The translations under genes were made by a program, and so were the position numbers. A DNA stretch of 6,995 nt from Octopus sinensis (Eukaryota): contig NW_021829050.1 of the NCBI RefSeq assembly GCF_006345805.1, forward strand, positions 1 to 6,995, in the 5' to 3' direction. The notes under the pieces were generated by a model. That model did no database searches, was not told the DNA's origin, and saw only the letters and a program-made list of their open reading frames with translations. Positions 1 through 6,191 of the stretch are shown here, one piece after another; position 1 is the first letter of the stretch; each line of letters begins with the position of its first letter.

Positions 1-241
1 ATAAAGATCCTTCCTAAGTTATAGAATCACTGGGTTTGGTTTCCCGGTTTCCGTGGTGCATGGACTTCCTACTGGACGGGACGCCGGTCCATCGCAGGAT
101 CACTCCTTTTTGCCAGCTGAGTGAACTGGGACAACGTGAAATGAAGTGTTTTGTTCAAGAACACAACGCGCCGTCCGGTCCAGGAATCGAAACCACTATC
201 TTACGATCATGAACCCAACACCGTACCACTAAACCACGAGC
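1..241 (-). mobile_element. tRNA-derived SINE with CORE-like and V-like body segments
   Basis: Minus strand begins GCTCGTGGTTTAGTGG with an A box TGGTTTAGTGG (236-226) and a near-consensus B box GGTTTCGATTCC (194-183). It continues TTGTGTTCTTGAACAAAACACTTCATTTCACGTTGTCCCAGTTCACTCAGCTG (~166-114), resembling the CORE domain (tgtgtccttgggcaagtcactt), then CCTGCGATGGACCGGCGTCCCGTCCAG (98-72), resembling the V domain. The domain matches are from memory. The 3' end reaches or passes the window edge. Confidence 0.8.
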
Positions 242-266
242 AAACACACACGTGTGCGCGCACATT

Positions 267-317
<51 letters not shown>
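267..317. repeat. (ATAG)12 tetranucleotide microsatellite
   Basis: Perfect ATAG units from 267 to 314 plus a partial unit. Confidence 0.98.
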
Positions 318-318
318 T

Positions 319-388
319 GATGGTTATGGCTGGAACGCCTTTGGTCATTACTGTTCAATTTAGTCTGATCTGATGTTAAACAACAAAC
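319..388 (+). mobile_element. 5'-truncated 3' fragment of the (CAA)n-tailed short retroelement family
   Basis: GGCTGGAACGCCTTTGGTCATTACTG (328-353) matches the minus strand of 503-525 (GGTTGGAATGTCTTTGATAACTG). The end GATCTGATGTTAAACAACAA matches the end of the 4925-5151 element (GATCTGGCGCTAAACAACAA). Confidence 0.55.
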
Positions 389-462
389 ACATGTGATCCA
401 GGCACGTCTCCATATTTGTTGACGGAAAACATTTTTGAAAAATTATTTACCTGTAAGAACTC

Positions 463-637
463 TTGATGTTGTTATTTAGCCCTGGGCAGCCTTGATTCGT
501 TTCAGTTATCAAAGACATTCCAACCGTGTCAATCGTTCTTTTTTGCGTATTGTTTCTTCTTTAGGATTGTAGGATGTTTTGCTGCTTTATCTAGCAGATC
601 GAGCGACCAAATTGAGGTTTCGTGGTTGGATCGTCTA
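463..637 (-). mobile_element. Degenerate, internally shortened copy of the (CAA)n-tailed short retroelement
   Basis: Colinear with 4925-5151 on the plus strand: TTG-type tail then TTAGC; exact AAGACATTCCA at 512-522 and 4976-4986; GCTGCTTTATCTAGCAGATCGAGCGACCA (581-609) versus GCTGTTATTTGTAGCATGTCTAACGACCA (5097-5125). Confidence 0.65.
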
Positions 638-723
638 TAACTTATATGTTTAATAGGAAACCTTTCTCATCTAAATCTATATTATTATCATTGAGAGCTA
701 GAAGGAGAGTGTCAGCCTGCTGA

Positions 724-749
724 TGTGTGTGTGTGTGTTTGTGTGTGTG
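724..749. repeat. Interrupted (TG)n microsatellite
   Basis: About 13 TG units with one TT interruption, followed by GCGCGCG. Confidence 0.9.
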
Positions 750-1004
750 GGCGCGCGAAGACAGTTTAAGTTCAAATTACCCAGCCTGCCGAACCAAATA
801 TAAATATATCTCAACGTGTTTTTATGTCACTCGTCGCTATAAACAGCAGAAGTTTTGTGATGGACATCTCGTTAATTTATAACGTTTCTAGTTAAAAGGA
901 TAGGGTCGTTCAAGTTGATCTCCCCATAGATAATAGAACAATAAGTCTCTCGATCGTCCCTACCCCTCCATAAATCTCTACTATCAGGGCTGTAACCTAC
1001 AATA

Positions 1005-1483
1005 ATGGGTGGAGTCGATGGTATTGTTTCCTTCTATGGTAGGTGTGGTCTGTTGTATTTGCTTACTGATATGGGTGTGATCTAGGGTTTTGTATGTTTC
1101 CTGCTATGGTGGGTGTGGTCTATAGGTGGGTTTGGTGTTGGTTATTATACTATGGCAGTGATAAAGGTATGCTTCATATTATGGATGTGGTCTACAGTGA
1201 TCTATGTTTATATTACGGGTGAGGTATGGGTATTCTATGTTACATACTACGACTATGGTCTAAGATGCTGTATATTAAATAGTATAGATGTGGCATGGGG
1301 TTGTATGGGTGCGGTTCAAGGTTCAAGGTATGAAACTCATTATGGCTGCCATCAAAGGTGTATGTGTTACCTGTCATGGGTGTGGTCTAAGATACTGTCT
1401 GTTACATTCTACGGGTGTAGTTTAGGTTGTTGTATGTTACCTGCTACGAGTGCGGTCTCGGACGTTGTGGGGGTTACAGTTCT
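1005..1483. repeat. Degenerate ~35-bp tandem minisatellite, about 14 units
   Basis: Unit starts at 1005, 1036, 1071, 1106, 1152, 1181, 1215, 1249, 1284, 1305, 1342, 1376, 1411 and 1446. Best units: ATGGGTGTGATCTAGGGTTTTGTATGTTTCCTGCT (1071), ATGGGTGTGGTCTAAGATACTGTCTGTTACATTCT (1376), ACGGGTGTAGTTTAGGTTGTTGTATGTTACCTGCT (1411). Confidence 0.85.
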
Positions 1484-2149
1484 AAAATGACTCGCATTGC
1501 AGAACTTCAAAAAATAGTCGTGCATCTCGTTCCAGTGTTTCACTTTTCCTCACCAGGTGTCAGGGGCATCTGCTTATTGATATAAAACAATTAGATGGTG
1601 GTGGTGGTGATGTTGGTGTTGGTATGAAACAGAACGAGAGTTAGAAGCTTAATCGATTTCCATGTCTAACACCACCATCTGGCCCTTAGCTGTTCAGGCA
1701 AAGTCCACTTTAGCGCAAACGGAAACAGACCTTATATATGTCTGCTGAGAGTATATTTCAATATCTTCATGTCCTGCTTTCTATAAGAGTCATGGTTTCT
1801 CTCTCTCCCACCAATTTTGAAGTTCCTGAAACTATAATCAGGCCCTGGGTCCCGCCCTTCTCCCCTTCACCCAGCCATAAAATATAGACCCAAGAACATA
1901 TGGAAGAAGACATTCTAGTGTTTATTTCATTATTATCATTGTTTTAAACATTTTCGGTAATTTCTTTCCGTCATTGAATAATATTACGAGATTAAATTTG
2001 CATATTTCGTATTCAATGTGATGTGCTCCACTAATTGTTTATCATTTACTAACATGGCTGTGTGTGTGTTGTCTGTGTGTGTTGCATGTAAGTATTAATC
2101 CATCTATCACTTTTGTTTATCTTTTTTTCTTTGTACGTATGCGTTAGAC

Positions 2150-2320
2150 ATGTATGTATGTATGTATGTATGTATGTATGTATGTATGTATGTATGTATG
2201 TATGTGACTGTCTGTCTTTTGTCTATCTATCTATCTATTTGTGCCTATCTATCAACCTTTTTTGGTTCTCTCTGTTACATACATACATATATACATGTTT
2301 TATATAATATATATATATAT

Positions 2321-2369
<49 letters not shown>

Positions 2370-2480
2370 GTGTATATATGTATATATATATATATGATAT
2401 ACATACACACATGTATATATATATACATATATACACACACACACATACTCTCTCTTTCTTTCTCTCACACACACATACTC
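2150..2480. repeat. Compound microsatellite: (ATGT)14, (TCTA)n, (TA)20, (CA)n, (CT)n
   Basis: (ATGT)14 at 2150-2205, short TCTA run near 2223-2237, perfect (TA)20 at 2327-2366, then mixed TA/CA/CT to about 2480. Confidence 0.97.
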
Positions 2481-3069
2481 CATTCCTTTAATTATCCCAC
2501 TTCCGTTTTTATTGTTTCTGATTTTCTCATTCTATAGACATTCCAAACCTTAAACAAATTCTGTCAAAAAAAATCGTCTCGTAGACAACTTCTTATTATG
2601 AGGTCGGCAGGCAGAAACTCAACGAATGAACACCACTACATCATAATACTTCATTAGTTACCTGTTTTCACTTCTTCTTATTCTTGGACCCTTATTTCAC
2701 TGACTCCTTTTAACTCGTTGCCTGTCCAAAAGCGTTTTCAAAAGCTTTTCCTAAACGTCCATGCTTGTTTTCAGACTTTCACTTAGCCTTCGTTTCGTAC
2801 GTTCTGCATTATATAAAGCTTTACTTTCATAAGCCCCAAGTTAACTCTGGTGGTTGAAAAACTCGAGAATGTGTATCATATAGGATGCATGGACGCCAGG
2901 GAAACATGTCCTAAGCATCACATGTGACACACAGGACAGGCAAACGGTTAAGACGACAGTTAATTCCATGAGTTAATTTCTAAGCAGAATCTGTGGCATT
3001 TGTAGTAGAGATCTCAATATCATTTCCCAGCTCATTCCAAGACTGTTGATATATTAAACATGAATTAGA

Positions 3070-3225
3070 TGGTCAATTCGCAGAAGCACGCTATTAAGTT
3101 ACTTTTAAATATTCAGGGTTCAATTCCTATCGAGCTTTACTTTGCTTTTCCACCTCCTGTGGTCGATGAAATAAGCACCAGTTAAGCGCACGGGTCAGTA
3201 TCATCGACTGTTCTCTCCCCACTCA
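3070..3225 (+). mobile_element. Degenerate tRNA-derived SINE (second family)
   Basis: Perfect B box GGTTCAATTCC at 3117-3127, followed by CTTTGCTTTTCCACCTCCTGTGGTCGATGAAATAAGCACCAGTT. This resembles a widespread SINE body motif I recall as gcctttcatcctttcggggtcgataaaataagtaccag. The A box is eroded and the boundaries are approximate. Confidence 0.6.
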
Positions 3226-3508
3226 TGTGTAATTCTGAGTTAGGTATTAGGAATCATGTACATTAAAACAAATTTCAATTAGAAACTCCATGTCTTCAAA
3301 GTTTTTGTTCTAAAACTGGAAAAACGAAAGTTGTCAACAGATATCTGTTTGTCACTCCTGTGTGGTTCATGATATAAGACTAGAAGGAGGAGAATGGCCT
3401 ATATTAAGGGTGGCGGGTGGCATTGTACATAGTATTGGTTTACTATGTCAGTTAAGGGTGAGAAGGAAGTAGTGTTTAGATCCCTCGGTGTAAGGTTTGT
3501 AGCAATGT

Positions 3509-3546
<38 letters not shown>

Positions 3547-3621
3547 CTATCTCTCTATCTATCTATCTATCTATTTGTCTTTCTCTCTCTCTTCTCTTCT
3601 CTCTCTCTCTCTCTCTCTCTA

Positions 3622-3665
<44 letters not shown>

Positions 3666-3670
3666 TATAA
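3509..3670. repeat. Compound microsatellite (TCTA)9 plus imperfect units, (CT)n, (AT)n
   Basis: (TCTA)9 at 3509-3544, imperfect TCTA to ~3575, CT run ~3581-3620, AT run ~3621-3670. Confidence 0.97.
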
Positions 3671-3734
3671 TCATTATAAGAATTATAACAATTTTTTTCT
3701 TTTTTGTGCTTCATATATAACCGCGGGGACTTCT

Positions 3735-3789
3735 CTTCTTTCTTATTTTCTTTTTCTCTTTCTCTCACTCTTTCTCTCTCTCTCTCTGT

Positions 3790-3836
<47 letters not shown>

Positions 3837-4022
3837 TTATATAATATAATTTGCTTCTGTATGTATATATATATATAATATACGCACTATGCTATATATA
3901 CGTAAGTGTAAGTATATGCACATGCAAATATATATGTGTATGTTGTGTACATGTGAATGTGTACATATGTATATATAACACAAACATATACCTATTATAT
4001 ATATATAATATTATATTATATT

Positions 4023-4053
<31 letters not shown>

Positions 4054-4064
4054 ACACACACATA

Positions 4065-4097
<33 letters not shown>
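3735..4097. repeat. Compound low-complexity block (CT)n, (AT)n, mixed TA/TG/CA, (TATG)n, (AT)n, (AG)n
   Basis: CT-rich 3735-3795, long AT run ~3796-3830, degenerate TA/TG/CA interior, AG run 4085-4097. Confidence 0.93.
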
Positions 4098-4679
4098 CAT
4101 TTTATGATGATTTAAAAAAAACTCAAACCAAGCAAGATTAACCGATTCTTAGGATTTAGAACAATACAATAGTAAGAAAGAAAAGAAGAAAAAAACCTAT
4201 TTCGATTCAGAAGAATACCGTCCAGGGTTTAAAGGATTAAACAGTTCTTAATTCAATTTCTTTCTGAATTATTCGATGTCAGATAGAACCAAAAATATTG
4301 GCCTTAATTTCTGTATCCATCTTCCATTTTTCATAAGTTTTTCTTATAATGTCAGTTTTTTTTTTCTTTGTATAGCTTAAGTTAGTTCTTGTTTTAGAAG
4401 CATAACATTTAAGACTTGAGAACTGAGTTTACGAATTAAGTCTTCGTATTATGAATTCAAAGACGAAAGTTTTTGAAACTCGCATTACGAAATAACACTA
4501 AATTTATAACTACTTGTTTTATATGAGCTACTAATTAAAAAAAAAAGACAAAAAATAATATAAAGTTGAAGCTTGGGTTATGAGCTAAGATTTTGGGGTT
4601 ACAAAACTAAGATTCAGAAGTTGACCATCTCGGGCTACGGGCTTATACAACTAATCCAGGGCCATGGATAATGAACTGG

Positions 4680-4850
4680 CAATCAAAAAAATTTTAAAAA
4701 TTATTAAAAAATATAAAAAACTGAAGGTTGTTTCTTGAAAACACAAATTTATATCAGTAAAATTATAAAAAAAAAATATTGTAAAAAAACACATAAAAAC
4801 AAGAAAAAAATCAACATAATGCAACATTAAAAAAATCATTAAAAAATGGT
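4680..4850. repeat. A-rich low-complexity tract
   Basis: Many A5-A10 runs separated by short T/C spacers; no coding or structural signal seen. Confidence 0.6.
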
Positions 4851-4924
4851 TGTGTATATCTTTTTACTGTTGAAAAATTAAACTTTGGTAAAACTGGAGG
4901 TCATTCTTGGAGTGTCTTTCTTTC

Positions 4925-5151
4925 TTGTTGTTGTTGTTGTTTAGCGCCAGATCTGAGTGACCAAATCTTCGATTCAAGACATTCCATGCAGTCATGACAA
5001 CACCGTCTTATTCAGATAATAAGTATATCAAGGACTGCAGTATCCTTTCTGTCCTTCCTTTTTGATGACGGTAGCATGAGATTTGAGGGAGATTTGGCTG
5101 TTATTTGTAGCATGTCTAACGACCACAAAGAAGCCTCCCTTTTTGGTTCGC
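4925..5151 (-). mobile_element. ~227-bp non-autonomous (CAA)n-tailed retroelement, probably a bipartite derivative of a Vingi/Ingi-group LINE
   Basis: Minus strand ends CTGGCGCTAAA(CAA)5 (TTG repeats 4925-4939). Homologous relics occur at 463-637 and 319-388. The 3' end resembles the adjacent LINE 3' end. No A/B boxes are visible and the 5' end has an HDV-like fold. Confidence 0.72.
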
Positions 5152-5152
5152 T
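5085..5152 (-). ncRNA. Degenerate HDV-like (double-pseudoknot) ribozyme scaffold
   Basis: Minus strand AGCG AACCAAAA AGGGAG GCT TCTTTGT GGT CGTTAGA CA TGCTA CAAA TAACA GCCAAAT CTCCCT C. P2 is AGGGAG/CTCCCT (6 WC pairs), P3 is GCT/GGT closing a 7-nt loop, P4 is TGCTA/TAACA (4 of 5 pairs) and partial P1 is AGCG/CGTT, all in canonical HDV order. Probably inactive. Confidence 0.5.
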
Positions 5153-5990
5153 GTTGTTATGTCGCCCCAAGTTGGCTCTGATCAAGCAGTCCTATTGCAA
5201 GCACGTAGTCGGTCAAACGACATGGCCTGATTGACTTATAGATGTAATATTTGCTCGCGCCTATAAGATGTCTCTGTCTGACTGGGGACCGTACTGAACT
5301 CTCCCAGGTAAATCATTTGGTGTGCAGCGTAACAATTGGGATATATTACACTTTCATCTACTTTTCCCTCAATTCACGAATATCCACAAATTTTAGTGGT
5401 GTCACAGCGGAGGTAGGCAAGGCGAATGCAGTCTGAGAGTGACAATTAGAGCTCTTCTGCACTTATTAATGGTGTGCAACTCAGCACGGAGTAAGGAATC
5501 AGTACGGCCCTTGATGTAGCAGTGATTTCTGTATATGTTCTCTATCTTCGTCAGGCTGAATGCGAAAGATATTGTCGTAATTGTACTCTTGGCTGTTTTA
5601 TATATACCTGGAGGCGGTTTCTCACGTAGTGGCAGGGTCTGCTGTGATTAAAGCTTGTCAAGGAATCAAGGAAACAAACTGTATTTTTTCCCCATTGTGA
5701 TTTGTAGATGCGGATAGTATACAATCTGTTATGATGGATAAAGCACGGCTTTGTAATTCTTTGAAGATTATTGGGGTTTGCTGCTGAGGCATTTTGGGAG
5801 ACCCGAGAGGATTGGTAAAAGTCCATGGTGGTTTAATGCATAGTTTCTCTTTGTTTCTTTTTTTTTGTTTTTTTTTGTTGCTAGTTTGATGTGGTACTTG
5901 CAATTGCTCTAAATACGTTTGTGCATTGTTTATGCATTCTTTTGTGTGTCATGTGGTTATCGAGGAATTGTATATTGCTAGTATGTTTAT

Positions 5991-5992
<2 letters not shown>

Positions 5993-6032
<40 letters not shown>
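5993..6032. repeat. (TG)20 microsatellite inside the LINE relic
   Basis: Perfect TG run from 5993 to 6032. Confidence 0.98.
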
Positions 6033-6033
<1 letters not shown>

Positions 6034-6174
6034 TATGCTTTTGCTACTCAGATTAATGGTCGATTGTATTTGCTGTTCTGTGATGTTGCTGGTTAGAAGG
6101 GAGACTGGGTGTGGAGCTAGGTTTCCATATGGTTTAATTAAGTCTTGGAATAGTTACGTATCTGGAGAATAGAT

Positions 6175-6191
6175 AGAGAGAGAGAGGGGGG
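6175..6191. repeat. (AG)6 plus G run inside the LINE relic
   Basis: AGAGAGAGAGAGGGGGG located just after the YAD motif on the minus strand. Confidence 0.85.

Noticed and set aside
155-358. 67-aa minus-strand ORF
   Set aside because: Built from the (ATAG)n repeat (IYLS repeats) and the SINE head; not a gene.
1005-1483. Possible CRISPR-like array (~35-bp period)
   Set aside because: Units are contiguous and diverged with no constant-repeat/unique-spacer alternation, no cas genes are present, and the context is eukaryotic.
1113-1490. 125-aa plus-strand ORF, the longest in the window
   Set aside because: Lies within the G/T-rich ~35-bp minisatellite, starts at GTG and has no recognisable domain; the V/G/C/Y/W bias reflects repeat composition.
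1550-1563. TCACCAGGTGTCAG, resembling a CTCF core motif
   Set aside because: Two mismatches at informative positions; a single motif hit cannot be supported without binding data.
2047-2093. TACTAAC branch-point consensus (2047-2053) and GTAAGT donor-like hexamer (2088-2093)
   Set aside because: No coherent exon can be built around them; expected by chance in AT-rich DNA.
2113-2537. Five overlapping ORFs of 64-113 aa on both strands
   Set aside because: Artefacts of stop-free TATG/TA/CA microsatellites (YVCM and YI repeats).
2888-2927. Three CATG cores, including a p53-type half-site AAACATGTCC (2902-2911) and the palindrome TCACATGTGA (2918-2927)
   Set aside because: Only one consensus half-site and the spacing is wrong for a full site; consistent with chance.
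3445-4141. ORFs 3445-3627 and 3851-4141
   Set aside because: Translations of TCTA/CT/TA microsatellites.
4104-4267. C box ATGATGA (4104-4110) with a downstream CTGA (4264-4267), suggesting a C/D snoRNA
   Set aside because: Too long, A-rich low-complexity interior, no terminal stem, and no evident C'/D' boxes or guide.
4651-4839. 62-aa hydrophobic minus-strand ORF
   Set aside because: F/I/L richness comes from reading the A-rich tract antisense; not a membrane protein.
5251-6172. Plus-strand ORFs 5251-5436 and 5891-6172
   Set aside because: Antisense to the LINE relic, one includes the (TG)20 run, and neither has recognisable motifs.
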